Below are positions 34,692 to 44,599 of a stretch of 64,000 nt of DNA, piece after piece. Each line of letters starts with the position of its first letter. Position 1 is the stretch's first letter. The position numbers and the translations under genes are program-made. Below the pieces are notes generated by a model. The model was not told where the DNA came from and ran no database searches. It saw only the letters and a list, made by a program, of their open reading frames with translations. The stretch lies in sequence record MZ443783.1; one strand, given 5' to 3'.

Positions 34692-35093
34692 ATGGAAAAG
34701 ACGTACATGACACATTGGGGATCGCGCTACGTGCGGTCCTCCTCCGGCAAGTGGTATTCAGTTCATGGACGTGAAGGTACTTGGGTAACTAACCGCTACG
34801 GTACCTCATTCTATCGTAGCGGTTCAGAGGTATGGCGGGACATAACTCTTGCCGACCGAGAGTCATTAGAACGCGAATTACTCAAACGCACCCGCAATGA
34901 CTTCAAGGAAAATAAGCTCAAGTATAACCACTGGGGCAAAGTGGTGTTGACCATAGCTCGCCAGTCAGAAGATGAAAAGAATGAGCACACGGCAGAACTT
35001 GCTGTGATGCTTGAAGCGCTTAGACAGACTTTCTATGGACAGAAGGTACAGCAACTAAGCACAATTCTGGATGAAATAGCCGTTAAAGACTAA
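34692..35093 (+). CDS. hypothetical protein (133 aa)
   Basis: ORF in operon. Confidence 0.7.
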   Translation: MEKTYMTHWGSRYVRSSSGKWYSVHGREGTWVTNRYGTSFYRSGSEVWRDITLADRESLERELLKRTRNDFKENKLKYNHWGKVVLTIARQSEDEKNEHTAELAVMLEALRQTFYGQKVQQLSTILDEIAVKD

Positions 35094-35111
35094 GCTCGTT
35101 TGTGATATAAT
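35059..35111 (+). promoter_or_regulatory. early promoter cassette 4
   Basis: GCACAATTCTGGATGAAATAG, 26 nt, TG-A-TATAAT; found by predicting its position from the -10. Confidence 0.8.
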
Positions 35112-35154
35112 AGAGATCAACGCTAGACACTCGTTTAGCTACTTACATGAGGAT

Positions 35155-35496
35155 ATGTATATGAAAAAGTCAAAAGTTAAAGCAGAAGTTGTTGCACCTA
35201 CTATCGAAGGTCGTTCATTCACGTTATATAACGCCTCGCCTGTTCCCGAATTGTCCGTAACACCGTTTGCAGGCCGTGATGCGTTTTTACCTCTACTGCG
35301 TAAAGTTCAGGATGCTGCTCAACTGGAGCGTATTCGTGGTATGTCCTGTTGTCCGTACTGCCGTGAAACAATGATGTTAGGCGAGTACACCAAAGACAAC
35401 TGGCTGTGGTCATATTCATATCAGCACATGATCGAACACCACAACGTAACGCCGTCCGCAGAATTTATTGCATACGTCGAAGCCGCTTCTAAATAA
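35155..35496 (+). CDS. hypothetical protein with CPYC and YQHMIEHH motifs
   Basis: GAGGA RBS. Confidence 0.75.
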   Translation: MYMKKSKVKAEVVAPTIEGRSFTLYNASPVPELSVTPFAGRDAFLPLLRKVQDAAQLERIRGMSCCPYCRETMMLGEYTKDNWLWSYSYQHMIEHHNVTPSAEFIAYVEAASK

Positions 35497-35516
35497 TCCG
35501 AACTGCACCAGAGGAC

Positions 35517-37043
35517 ATGAACATGAAAAAGATTAAACACACTTTCCGCCTGACCGATTTGGTACACATCGCAAAACTTCCTGCAGGTATGTCCAAATTC
35601 CACGAAGGCTCGGATGCTATTGTTGTCGGCCGCAACGAAGATAGCGACCAATATATTCTGCACGTTAAAAACGTTGGTGAGCTTTCGTGGTACGAAGGTA
35701 AATCACTGACGTTGATCAGTCACAACAACGGCGAACTGCTTGACCAGTGGGAAGCAGGTGACTACGGTCGTGATAAGAAAAAGAAACGCAAGATCCCAAA
35801 AGAACTGCGTAACTTCACGGCTATCTTGCCTGTGACCTGCAACGCCGATTGTTCGTTCTGCCCTGAGAAAGAAATGGAGCAGAAAGCCAACCAGAAAGAA
35901 TGGCAAGATGGTTTGATTGCAGAGATCAAACGCATGTACAAGAAAACGAAGTTCGACCACGTATCAATCAGCGGCGGCGAACCGACGTTGCGTACAAAGT
36001 TCCTGTTCGAAACGATCGACCGTATTCAGAAAGAAACGCCGATCAAGAAAGTCGGTCTGACTTCTAACGGTCAGTTCCTTGAGAAACCAAACAGTACGTT
36101 CGACTTCTTAGACCGTAACACTACGCCTGAGATGACCAGCAAGCTGTCGCATCTGAATATCAGTATGCACTCGTTCAACCGCGACCTTGCGAACAAGATC
36201 ATGGGCGTGAACTACAAACAGACTCTGGAAGATTTAGTTCGCTTCCGCCGTCAGCTCGGCCGTGACGTTAGCTTCCACATTAACTTCGTGATCAATGACC
36301 AGACTGGTTCGATTACGGAAGAGTTCAAGAGGGCCGCAAACTTCATGCGCGCCAATCCATTTATCGACGTTGTGTTCCGTGTTGATTACAACGACGTTGA
36401 ACTGTCGAAAGCTCTGCGTGACTACGCTATGGAATATGAAGCGTGGCAGGAAGCAAGTCGCATCGCTGTGGCTACTCGCAAGAAGTGCAAAGTGAAAGAG
36501 CCTCGCGCACCTCACATTGTTCAGAAGTTTGATCGCTTCTTCGGCGGCCAGAATCTCGATGACGTTGAAAGCGCTTGGACTACAGGTTGCCCGTCGTGCT
36601 TCACTCATGCGTCGAACGTTGTCAATAACAGTCGCGCATATTTGAAAGCGTCTTCCTACGAACCTAATGAAGACGAAGCGGAGTACACTGAGCTGGTGTA
36701 TCACATGGACGGCGCTCTGTATTGGGACTGGACTCGTAATGACCCTGTACCAGCTCCGCGTAGCAAGCGTTTTGACTTCGAGATGAAAGAAGAAGAAGAC
36801 AAGGCGTGGGAACATGGTTCTGTGGCCGAAGCGATTAACGCCAATCGTTGTTCATTTGGACCTGCTGCACCGCATCACTGCTCTTACGATTCTACTGGCA
36901 CAACGGTCGCACCGAAAGCTGCGAAGAAACCTAAGAAAGTGACACCCGCCAAGAAAACGAAGAAGGTGGGTGGAAAAGTTTCGAGCGTTCCTGGTGCTGC
37001 TCCTGGTGTTTGCGGCTACGGCAATAGTCGTTGTGGTTATTAA
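35517..37043 (+). CDS. radical SAM protein (508 aa) with extra N- and C-terminal regions
   Basis: CNADCSFC (CxxxCxxC), SGGEPT, TSNG, NISMHS. Confidence 0.88.
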   Translation: MNMKKIKHTFRLTDLVHIAKLPAGMSKFHEGSDAIVVGRNEDSDQYILHVKNVGELSWYEGKSLTLISHNNGELLDQWEAGDYGRDKKKKRKIPKELRNFTAILPVTCNADCSFCPEKEMEQKANQKEWQDGLIAEIKRMYKKTKFDHVSISGGEPTLRTKFLFETIDRIQKETPIKKVGLTSNGQFLEKPNSTFDFLDRNTTPEMTSKLSHLNISMHSFNRDLANKIMGVNYKQTLEDLVRFRRQLGRDVSFHINFVINDQTGSITEEFKRAANFMRANPFIDVVFRVDYNDVELSKALRDYAMEYEAWQEASRIAVATRKKCKVKEPRAPHIVQKFDRFFGGQNLDDVESAWTTGCPSCFTHASNVVNNSRAYLKASSYEPNEDEAEYTELVYHMDGALYWDWTRNDPVPAPRSKRFDFEMKEEEDKAWEHGSVAEAINANRCSFGPAAPHHCSYDSTGTTVAPKAAKKPKKVTPAKKTKKVGGKVSSVPGAAPGVCGYGNSRCGY

Positions 37044-37055
37044 GAGGAAAATGAA

Positions 37056-37418
37056 ATGAATGAACGTCGCAACTATTACTACGACAGTCCGTTCTACTAC
37101 GGACTGATCACTTGGCGCAAACGCCTATTCATCGTCGTGGCCTTCTTTGTCTTCATCGTAATGTTTCATGCAGACAAACCTCCAGTCGTACACAATCAGT
37201 GGACGATAACTGCCATTATCTTTGGCCTGATGTTTGCTTTCTGTTATATAAGAATGCGTTTCTATGAAACGTATCTACTGGAGGCGATGGGTCCATTAGA
37301 CAACAACACGGTTATCGGTAGTCTATCCTTCGAAGGACTTGAGCGCCGTCACGAACTCTGGTACGAAAAGAAGTTCGGACACAAACCACCTAAGACTAAC
37401 ACACGGAGCATCGACTAA
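37056..37418 (+). CDS. membrane protein (2 TM)
   Basis: Two hydrophobic segments. Confidence 0.75.
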   Translation: MNERRNYYYDSPFYYGLITWRKRLFIVVAFFVFIVMFHADKPPVVHNQWTITAIIFGLMFAFCYIRMRFYETYLLEAMGPLDNNTVIGSLSFEGLERRHELWYEKKFGHKPPKTNTRSID

Positions 37419-37795
37419 TGGCACTCATGTTTACTGAGAAGCATCGCAAACAATTCGGACGTGACAGCAAAGACCCGCAGTATCATGGAGATGCGTGTGA
37501 GGCAGTCTACACTCACGGCATGGAGTTGTTGCGTGAGTACAAACGTCTGGCGTTGCTCATCGGCGCGAAGCGTAGGACGCGCATTGATAAAGGTGCGCCT
37601 ATAACCAAGTGCTTCCGCAAGCAGTGGATTGAAGACAAGAAGTTGGCGAACGAAGACACGCGACCTATCGCCGTGTTGATTGTTCGCTTTAAAGAAGTAG
37701 CTGTGTTATTGAAACTGGCGCGTATGAACTATACCGACCTACATACTCGTCGTCACGGCTTTACTCGTCCTAGCTACTTCCACTGGAGAGACTAA
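37418..37795 (+). CDS. hypothetical basic protein (125 aa)
   Basis: TAATG coupling. Confidence 0.7.
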   Translation: MALMFTEKHRKQFGRDSKDPQYHGDACEAVYTHGMELLREYKRLALLIGAKRRTRIDKGAPITKCFRKQWIEDKKLANEDTRPIAVLIVRFKEVAVLLKLARMNYTDLHTRRHGFTRPSYFHWRD

Positions 37796-37796
37796 C

Positions 37797-38369
37797 ATGG
37801 AAAAGAAGTTCTGCAAACTGGCACACATCGGTGCTGACGTGATTATGCCTGCTATCCTGTACGCATTGAACGAAAAGATGCAGGCAGGCGTCAAAGTAGA
37901 TCTGGCCGAAGCGTATACGTTGTTGAACGACACACAGGCTGTGTATCTTACTCAGGCAAGCGGTCAGCCTGATCGCTATTACGATCAACTCACGCCAACC
38001 ATTCGAGCGCTTCTGGCGAAGTATGAAATAGAGTGGGCACTCGACCACGTTGCGCTTACTAAATACTGTCAATCGTATATGGAGAGCAAAGGCTTCACTC
38101 CTGTTGAAGACGGTGTGTACTCATATCCAGAAGTTGTTGCGTATAACAATTACGACCGCGTGTTCCTACGTTCGTTGATTGGTGTTGCAGACTACAATCT
38201 GCTGGAAGCTGCAATCCAGGAAGAGATGGACGTTGTGGCCGAGATGGACGAGATTGATAAGAAACTCGACCGTGTAGAAGATGGCTGTTGTTCTGAATGC
38301 GGCAAAGAACTTGAACCCGATATTGAAGGTCCGTTCATGTGCCTAGAATGTGACGATGACGGAGAATAA
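37797..38369 (+). CDS. hypothetical protein with a C-terminal zinc ribbon
   Basis: CSECG...CLEC; GGAG RBS. Confidence 0.75.
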   Translation: MEKKFCKLAHIGADVIMPAILYALNEKMQAGVKVDLAEAYTLLNDTQAVYLTQASGQPDRYYDQLTPTIRALLAKYEIEWALDHVALTKYCQSYMESKGFTPVEDGVYSYPEVVAYNNYDRVFLRSLIGVADYNLLEAAIQEEMDVVAEMDEIDKKLDRVEDGCCSECGKELEPDIEGPFMCLECDDDGE

Positions 38370-38371
38370 AA

Positions 38372-38635
38372 ATGGCTGTAGGCTTTGTAAAAGATGATGG
38401 CGTTAATGACACCATCGAAGCTAACCTGAATAACGAGATTGATCGCGCCCGTGCTGAACTGCTAGGCAAAGGCACCACACACTGCATCAACCCTGACTGT
38501 GGCGCAGAGATTCCGTTGATGCGCCGTGTCGCTATGCCGAATGCTCGTTACTGTGTGGCCTGTCAATCAAGCCACGATGGTTCGGCTGTTAGCCACTACA
38601 ATCGTCGCGGCTCAAAAGATTCTCAACTGAGGTAG
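38372..38635 (+). CDS. ybiI: DksA/TraR-family C4 zinc-finger protein, YbiI-like
   Basis: CINPDCGAEIP..RR.A.P....CVACQ and C-terminal YNRRGSKDSQLR, matching E. coli YbiI as recalled. Confidence 0.88.
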   Translation: MAVGFVKDDGVNDTIEANLNNEIDRARAELLGKGTTHCINPDCGAEIPLMRRVAMPNARYCVACQSSHDGSAVSHYNRRGSKDSQLR

Positions 38636-38637
38636 TT

Positions 38638-38862
38638 ATGAATATTAAAGCTAACCCTGAAGTGACATACATGCTTGAAGGCTTCTTCCCTGATAGAAAC
38701 ATCTGGGTGATCATTCATTCAGATCTTAAAGAAAAGGTTGATATCTCTGAGTTGTTAGATCAGTTGAAGATTGACCCGAAGTGTCCACGTAGTCCTGCCA
38801 CTGCGTTTCGTATGGTGCAGGTAACACGCGACGTTGTTCAATTCATGGAGGTTGTTAAATGA
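38638..38862 (+). CDS. hypothetical protein (74 aa)
   Basis: GAGG RBS. Confidence 0.7.
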   Translation: MNIKANPEVTYMLEGFFPDRNIWVIIHSDLKEKVDISELLDQLKIDPKCPRSPATAFRMVQVTRDVVQFMEVVK

Positions 38863-39002
38863 ATGATGAAGAACGTAAAGAACCATACTCACGCTGTACT
38901 GACTGCCGTACGCCTCTAGCAGAGGATGAAGTGTACGGCGAGTGGGATGACCTGTGCGAGAATTGCTGTGCTGACCGTGAAGATGAAGGGGAGTCTACAT
39001 AA
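38859..39002 (+). CDS. zinc-ribbon microprotein (47 aa)
   Basis: MNDEERKEPYSRCTDCRTPL...DDLCENCCAD...; GGAGG RBS; ATGA and TAATG coupling; below the track cutoff. Confidence 0.75.
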   Translation: MNDEERKEPYSRCTDCRTPLAEDEVYGEWDDLCENCCADREDEGEST

Positions 39003-39319
39003 TGCTGCGTAAACTTTGGGTAGCTTTGGGATTCAAATTCCCTACTGTGGCCGACGCCATGCGTAAGCGTCAGGCCTGCACACGCGTTGGCTATAAGAGC
39101 TACTGCGTTATGAATCGTGCTGGATTCGCAGAAGCATTTACTCACCACCTGCATGAGTATCGTGATTCCAGCCCTTCGCTGGCTGTGCTCAATAAACACA
39201 AGCATGAAGAAGTAGCGGCCAAGGCACAGCGTATGGACTATCCGTGCGTTGTTGTTTTTGCTGACGATGGCTTCTCTGCAATTGCAATTGATGCGCCTAC
39301 CATGGAGCGCCACGTATGA
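39002..39319 (+). CDS. hypothetical protein (105 aa)
   Basis: Coupled to the previous gene. Confidence 0.7.
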   Translation: MLRKLWVALGFKFPTVADAMRKRQACTRVGYKSYCVMNRAGFAEAFTHHLHEYRDSSPSLAVLNKHKHEEVAAKAQRMDYPCVVVFADDGFSAIAIDAPTMERHV

Positions 39320-39669
39320 AACTCAAAAACACACCACGCTGGCTGTGGCTGTACGTTAAACAACTCTACTTAATGTGTCTGTTGCTTAAGGATGAATATG
39401 ACCTTATCCGACTGGAGCATGAGTCAGAAGTTCTTGACGCTCTGCAAAGATTGACCGAACGGGACATGGCTAATAGCACAGATATAGGTGTACGCGTTCT
39501 GTTGTTCTTTAAGGAACACAAGAAACCACGTAGCGCAAAATATAACCTGCCTTACTTGTGGCCTAAGCGCGACCTAATTCGTTTGCTCAACCAGAATGGT
39601 GTTGCAGTAGGCCCCGTGCCGAACTACTTTGTAGCACTCCATCAACTCGTCGATAAGGGTTTCAAGTGA
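39316..39669 (+). CDS. hypothetical protein (117 aa)
   Basis: GGAG RBS. Confidence 0.7.
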   Translation: MKLKNTPRWLWLYVKQLYLMCLLLKDEYDLIRLEHESEVLDALQRLTERDMANSTDIGVRVLLFFKEHKKPRSAKYNLPYLWPKRDLIRLLNQNGVAVGPVPNYFVALHQLVDKGFK

Positions 39670-40004
39670 TGAAGACAGTAATCTGTTCTGTAAATGCTGT
39701 ACACGGTAAGCGTGTGCTGCCAATCTTCTTTCAAGAGGAAGAAGAAAAGTTTTATATAGGCAGTGACTTCTGGAAAAGTCTGAACCTGCGCGACGACCTG
39801 TTCATTGAACCCCAAACAGAGCAAGTCATCCACAACGACGAGCGCATGAATCGCACCGAGTTCATTCGTGTCTCTACCGTGCGTGATGTTATTCATGCAC
39901 TGCATCGTTGTCGCAATTATATCCGCTACTTTGAGTATATCTCCGACGAGGAAATTGATAGCCTCGCCGAAGCACTCGAACATTGGGAAAAACCAGAGGA
40001 CTAA
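39666..40004 (+). CDS. hypothetical protein (112 aa)
   Basis: GTGA coupling. Confidence 0.7.
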   Translation: MMKTVICSVNAVHGKRVLPIFFQEEEEKFYIGSDFWKSLNLRDDLFIEPQTEQVIHNDERMNRTEFIRVSTVRDVIHALHRCRNYIRYFEYISDEEIDSLAEALEHWEKPED

Positions 40005-40006
40005 TC

Positions 40007-40630
40007 ATGAACACCACAATTCAATTTCTCATGGATGAGAACGAGATAGAAGATGCACTCACTGCCTATCACACTGACCCTACCGATGAAAACAAACGTC
40101 GTGTGATTGAAACGATTTTGAGTGAGTCTAAACACGCACCAAAACCAGACATTGAACCTGAGGCGCATCGCATTATATTTGTGCCGTCCGTAACTACACT
40201 TAGAAGTGAGCCTGCTGTTACGCAATATGCTTCTTTCAGCGGTGAGATTGACAAGATGCTTATGGCCACTGCTAAATTGGCTAAGCGCGTTGTAGACAAA
40301 ATTCATGAAGCAGGTAGTTCCGCTGTGTTTGTTCGCTTCGATCCAGAAGAATGGTATTCTTATCGCATTCCTATTCTTTGGGGATTCTACGATCTGGCGT
40401 TAGAAGCGAAAACGCTGGACGGGATTGATTCCTCCATGCGCGACCTCATGCGCAAGGTAGGCAATCTGCCTTTCGATGAAGATGTTGAAGCCTTCTACGG
40501 AAGAATAAATCGTTATGTGACTGAGGGAGAGCATGAAGGCTGTTTGCGCTCCATCACTCAAATGGTGGACACTAAGTTCACGCGCAACTTACCTCAAACC
40601 GAAACCGAAGAAGAAGGTGAAGAAGAATGA
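40007..40630 (+). CDS. hypothetical protein
   Basis: GAGGA RBS before ATG 40007. Confidence 0.75.
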   Translation: MNTTIQFLMDENEIEDALTAYHTDPTDENKRRVIETILSESKHAPKPDIEPEAHRIIFVPSVTTLRSEPAVTQYASFSGEIDKMLMATAKLAKRVVDKIHEAGSSAVFVRFDPEEWYSYRIPILWGFYDLALEAKTLDGIDSSMRDLMRKVGNLPFDEDVEAFYGRINRYVTEGEHEGCLRSITQMVDTKFTRNLPQTETEEEGEEE

Positions 40631-40998
40631 TTAGACAAATGCCAAGACAGATCTCGACCAAAGACTTTAGCTACTCTATTGATGGCTTTGCGGCAAAAGT
40701 CAATCTCGAAAACTACACGGCAATCGTTCGTGGTAATTGGCGTTTGCTTCGTGGTACAGACACAAGCGGTAACTTCACGACCGTACTCATCGGTCCGTAT
40801 GCAGTGTCGCCTGACCTGACGGGTTATCAGATTCTCGTTGCTGCTGGTTATCAGCCTGTTGACGCAATGCAAGCGCTTGGTCTTGACCACAATCACCTGC
40901 GCACCATGCAGAAAGAACACCGTAAGCGCGTAGCTCAATCGAAAGCAGCACCGCGCCGTGGCAACACTAATTCACTCGACGATCTCCAGGGGAAGTAA
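40627..40998 (+). CDS. hypothetical protein (123 aa)
   Basis: ATGA coupling. Confidence 0.7.
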   Translation: MIRQMPRQISTKDFSYSIDGFAAKVNLENYTAIVRGNWRLLRGTDTSGNFTTVLIGPYAVSPDLTGYQILVAAGYQPVDAMQALGLDHNHLRTMQKEHRKRVAQSKAAPRRGNTNSLDDLQGK

Positions 40999-40999
40999 C

Positions 41000-41743
41000 A
41001 TGAAACAGTTATTCGTAGGCAGTCACCCAAACACCGTTCGCTTTTCTGACCTCGACGGTCGTGACCGTATCTGTGAGATTCGTGCCATGATCGCTGACGC
41101 GTATCGCATGTTGCGTGATTCTATTGGTGAACAGGCGAAGAACGAAACGAATACTTTCCACGGTCCGTGGCTTGTGTTTCGTAATCTCATGAACGATCAC
41201 CCTGCTGCCTGTCTGGAAGAGTTCCGCCACGCCTCTATCTACTTCGATGCAGATACCGAAGGTAAGGTGACTGAGATTGCTGACCTGATTGAACAGCACA
41301 TCGAACTGACTCGCCAATCGATCTGTTTGAAAGGCGCTAATCAACATCAGGCCGATGCAATGATTGGCATTGCAAGCACTGGTGGACGAATCGAAACGAC
41401 TGTTATGCAGGGTCTGGGCAAAACACGCCAGAACAACCCGCACCGCACTTTAGCAGAAGACCTGCGTAAGTACCTCAACACGTTCAAAGATCATGATGGT
41501 ACCTTTGAATTGTGTACGTTGTTGACTAAGCTCTACGGTAAACCGTCGTTCGACACGTATGCTGATAGTACGGTAGATGAGATGTTTGACGAAACGTGTC
41601 AGGCAATTCAAAGTGCGAATGAGCCTATCGACCAGGTATATGATATGGTGTGTCGTGCAATCCTTTCGTTCGGTCTGCCTGCTATGCCCGCAGACAGTGA
41701 TGACCAGGCGGCTGATGATGAAAACTTTGCTCTCCGCGGTTAA
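41000..41743 (+). CDS. hypothetical protein
   Basis: AGGGGA RBS before ATG 41000. Confidence 0.75.
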   Translation: MKQLFVGSHPNTVRFSDLDGRDRICEIRAMIADAYRMLRDSIGEQAKNETNTFHGPWLVFRNLMNDHPAACLEEFRHASIYFDADTEGKVTEIADLIEQHIELTRQSICLKGANQHQADAMIGIASTGGRIETTVMQGLGKTRQNNPHRTLAEDLRKYLNTFKDHDGTFELCTLLTKLYGKPSFDTYADSTVDEMFDETCQAIQSANEPIDQVYDMVCRAILSFGLPAMPADSDDQAADDENFALRG

Positions 41744-41921
41744 AATCTATTGGCGTGAAGCGATGATACTGGCTGTGCTTGTGGTCATCGCTGTCGCTCT
41801 CCCTTTCTTAGAAGTGCGCAACCCAGTTCTGGTGATGCTTGTTGCTGTCATCGTTGCTGCGTACTTCATTGCTACTTGGGCATGTAAGCCTGTATACGGA
41901 TCAGACGATGAAAAAGAATGA
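41715..41921 (+). CDS. small membrane protein (2 TM)
   Basis: AMILAVLVVIAVALPF / VLVMLVAVIVAAYFIATW. Confidence 0.65.
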   Translation: MMKTLLSAVKIYWREAMILAVLVVIAVALPFLEVRNPVLVMLVAVIVAAYFIATWACKPVYGSDDEKE

Positions 41922-42459
41922 AATCAAACTGAGTGCCGCAGACATTGCAGCAGGTATCATCTGCATTAACGAAGCTCTGGCCAAACACGGCCTGTCATGT
42001 GCAGAAGGTGATGTTGGTTACGAAACAGTGTACACCGACGATCACGGTGAAACACAGGGAGGCTGGTACGCCGAGTTCGATAAGAAGTCCCGCGACAAGC
42101 TGCGTGAATCAAAACAGGTGTCATGGCGTAATTGCGGTATGCTTAGTGGCGACACGATTGATAGCATTCTACGCACAATCGACAGTCTCAAGTTCCGCAA
42201 CCATGCTAAAGAGCCTACGCCGTTGCAGTTGAAAATGGCGGAGAATGTTAAGAGCAAGGTCGAAGCAACTAAGGCAGCGCTTGAAGTGTACAACTCGGCA
42301 GCGCCTCTTTCTGACTCTGACCTGCGTTTGTGTATCGAGCACTTCCGTACTCTGGATAAAGCTGCGCAGGCAGACCCGATGCTTGCTCTGTGTAAGCTAC
42401 ATGTAACACTCAATCTCGAAACACTCTTAGGCTACAAAGAAGCACGTAAGCGTAAGTAA
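41908..42459 (+). CDS. hypothetical protein
   Basis: In-frame ATG 41908. Confidence 0.75.
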   Translation: MKKNEIKLSAADIAAGIICINEALAKHGLSCAEGDVGYETVYTDDHGETQGGWYAEFDKKSRDKLRESKQVSWRNCGMLSGDTIDSILRTIDSLKFRNHAKEPTPLQLKMAENVKSKVEATKAALEVYNSAAPLSDSDLRLCIEHFRTLDKAAQADPMLALCKLHVTLNLETLLGYKEARKRK

Positions 42460-42465
42460 CCAATC

Positions 42466-42491
42466 AGGGAGGTCCTTAGCGGGATCTCCCT
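42466..42491 (+). terminator. stem-loop, probable terminator
   Basis: AGGGAGGTCC-loop-GGATCTCCCT. Confidence 0.6.
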
Positions 42492-42514
42492 ATGTCATTT
42501 CTGGAGCATTTCTC

Positions 42515-43495
42515 ATGCGTTTTGGTTTCGCCTGCAAATTGCTTGACGCAAACAACAAACAACCATTCACGAATAAGAGCCTTAGCTATAAACATTTCTC
42601 TGCGCTGTCTGCTACTGACCAACATGCAAAACTTCTGGACGTTGTTACGCACAACCTGACTTCGTTGCTCAACATGATTAAACACGTTGGCCGACTGCGT
42701 ACAGACCTACGTATGTTTCGAATCACCAGTGAGTTGCTTCCACTCTACACTCACCCTAAAGTGTTTCACATGTACATGCGCCATGACGTTGTTACTCTTA
42801 CTGAGTCGCTACTCGCCTTGTGTGGTGAAGCGGCTCGACGCCATGACGTGCGATTATCATTTCACCCAGGTCAGTTCACGGTACTCGCATCTGACCGACC
42901 TGATGTTGTCCAGAACTCAATAGCCGAACTTGAGTACCATGCGTACTGTGCATATCACATGGGATATGGTCGCCGCTTCCAAGACTTCAAAATCAATATT
43001 CACCTTAGCGGTAGACTTGGTGCTTCTGGTTTCAGACAAGCGCATTCGAAACTTTCTGATCGCTGCCGAAACATGTTGACCGTAGAGAACGACGAAATCA
43101 CTTCCAGCCTCGAAGATGTTTTGTGTCTGGCAGACATATGCCCGATTGTCCTCGACATTCATCATCACTGGGTAATGACCAACGAATACATACAACCGAC
43201 CGACGATCGTGTTCAGCGTGTCATTGATTCTTGGCGCGGCGTAAGACCAGTAGCGCATTACTCTGTGTCGAAGCCTGAGTTCGTACCGTCGCGCGGACTC
43301 CCTGATCAGAACAAGCTGTCCGCTAATCGAATGCAGTTACGTGCTCATGCTGATTACTACCACAACGAAGACGTAAACGAGTGGGCCACTAGTTTCACTG
43401 ATTTTGACCTTATGTGTGAGTCAAAAGCGAAAAATAGGGCTAGACTGAAACTGGCGTGTTTTAGCGTCAACTCTGCAAATAATTGGACAAAATGA
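42515..43495 (+). CDS. uvsE: UV damage endonuclease UvsE/UvdE
   Basis: MRFGFAC, HNL, FRITSELLP, RLSFHPGQF.VL.S, INIH, LTVENDE, LDIHHH, H.S, AHAD, MCESKAK. Confidence 0.93.
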   Translation: MRFGFACKLLDANNKQPFTNKSLSYKHFSALSATDQHAKLLDVVTHNLTSLLNMIKHVGRLRTDLRMFRITSELLPLYTHPKVFHMYMRHDVVTLTESLLALCGEAARRHDVRLSFHPGQFTVLASDRPDVVQNSIAELEYHAYCAYHMGYGRRFQDFKINIHLSGRLGASGFRQAHSKLSDRCRNMLTVENDEITSSLEDVLCLADICPIVLDIHHHWVMTNEYIQPTDDRVQRVIDSWRGVRPVAHYSVSKPEFVPSRGLPDQNKLSANRMQLRAHADYYHNEDVNEWATSFTDFDLMCESKAKNRARLKLACFSVNSANNWTK

Positions 43496-43528
43496 GGCTT
43501 GTTTACGAAGGTAGCCCTGTGATACACT
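43475..43528 (+). promoter_or_regulatory. early promoter cassette 5
   Basis: GCAAATAATTGGACAAAATGA, 27 nt, TG-A-TACACT. Confidence 0.8.
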
Positions 43529-43580
43529 AGATATGAGCGTTATCGCTCGTATAACTAGACTGACACAAGGAAATAAGACA

Positions 43581-43883
43581 ATGTTCAATACTACTACCAT
43601 CGTAAAGAAATCTGGTGCTGCAAACGCTACCAATCATTCGTTCGGTATTACAGGTATCACGCCAACCAATCGCATCTCCTGCATCTGGCCTGGCGCTCTG
43701 GAAGTTCCGGCTGACATTAAACGTTGGTGCCGTGCTAACGAAATCATGAATGACCTTGACGCTTACATGCGTGTTCGTTTTAAAGGTCGTCGTGCTGATA
43801 TCCTGAACTTGGTTGCTCGTCATCTGGCGCCAAACAATCCTGAACTGGCTGTGCGTATTCTTGCAACTATCACTGAGGCCTAA
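43581..43883 (+). CDS. hypothetical protein
   Basis: AAGGA RBS before ATG 43581. Confidence 0.75.
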   Translation: MFNTTTIVKKSGAANATNHSFGITGITPTNRISCIWPGALEVPADIKRWCRANEIMNDLDAYMRVRFKGRRADILNLVARHLAPNNPELAVRILATITEA

Positions 43884-43884
43884 A

Positions 43885-44148
43885 ATGAAAGTCCAATCTA
43901 TGGAAGCTGTTTACGGTGCTACAAACACCAACACTCCGCTTGTGGAGAAACGCGGCTTTCGTTCTGTCGAATCGAAGTATGTCGATGGAACGGAGGTTAG
44001 ATTACAACGGTTGTCGCATGACATACATGAACGTCAGGTGGTGGGCTACGATCAATTTGGTCGGGCAGTGTACGGAACATATGTACCACCATCTACGTTC
44101 GAAGTGCGTGACAGCAAGGAAAGCGAACCGAATAAGACGGCGCCCTAG
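43885..44148 (+). CDS. hypothetical protein
   Basis: GAGG RBS before ATG 43885. Confidence 0.65.
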   Translation: MKVQSMEAVYGATNTNTPLVEKRGFRSVESKYVDGTEVRLQRLSHDIHERQVVGYDQFGRAVYGTYVPPSTFEVRDSKESEPNKTAP

Positions 44149-44221
44149 CAAGCTCACAACCAGAAGCCATAGAATAACAAACAATAAATTCATGCGCTGA
44201 CCTATCGTGGGGTGTCTTAAA

Positions 44222-44599
44222 ATGATCGTTATATGTAATAGCTCGAAAGAATTTTCAGCCGACCGTTTGGCTCATGGCGACGCATTTGTTTTTGGGAAGA
44301 CTCGCATGTTGTTACGTGCGGACTTCATCGTCCTGACAGACAAAAACAATGCGGTATTCGTAATACGCAAATCTGATGTTGTTTGGTCTCCCGAGCTTAC
44401 GGGCGCAACGCATGTGATTAAAATCCGGGCGTATGCCCAGGTTAAGCCGTTTGAACTCAACGCAGCATGTCCGCAGTTTAACAGTCGTGTGTTCGGAACA
44501 ATCGCGTTTCGTAACCCACACTTTGAGCACCGTCTTGGTAGCTTGAAATATGTAGAGACAATCTTCGGAGGTTTACATGGCACGGTATCATGTGTTTAG
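44222..44599 (+). CDS. hypothetical protein
   Basis: GGGG RBS-like before ATG 44222. Confidence 0.6.
   Translation: MIVICNSSKEFSADRLAHGDAFVFGKTRMLLRADFIVLTDKNNAVFVIRKSDVVWSPELTGATHVIKIRAYAQVKPFELNAACPQFNSRVFGTIAFRNPHFEHRLGSLKYVETIFGGLHGTVSCV

Noticed and set aside
35517-37043. Viperin-like antiviral enzyme
   Set aside because: Only generic rSAM motifs; the viperin-type NYHFTR..CNY.C.FCFH context is absent
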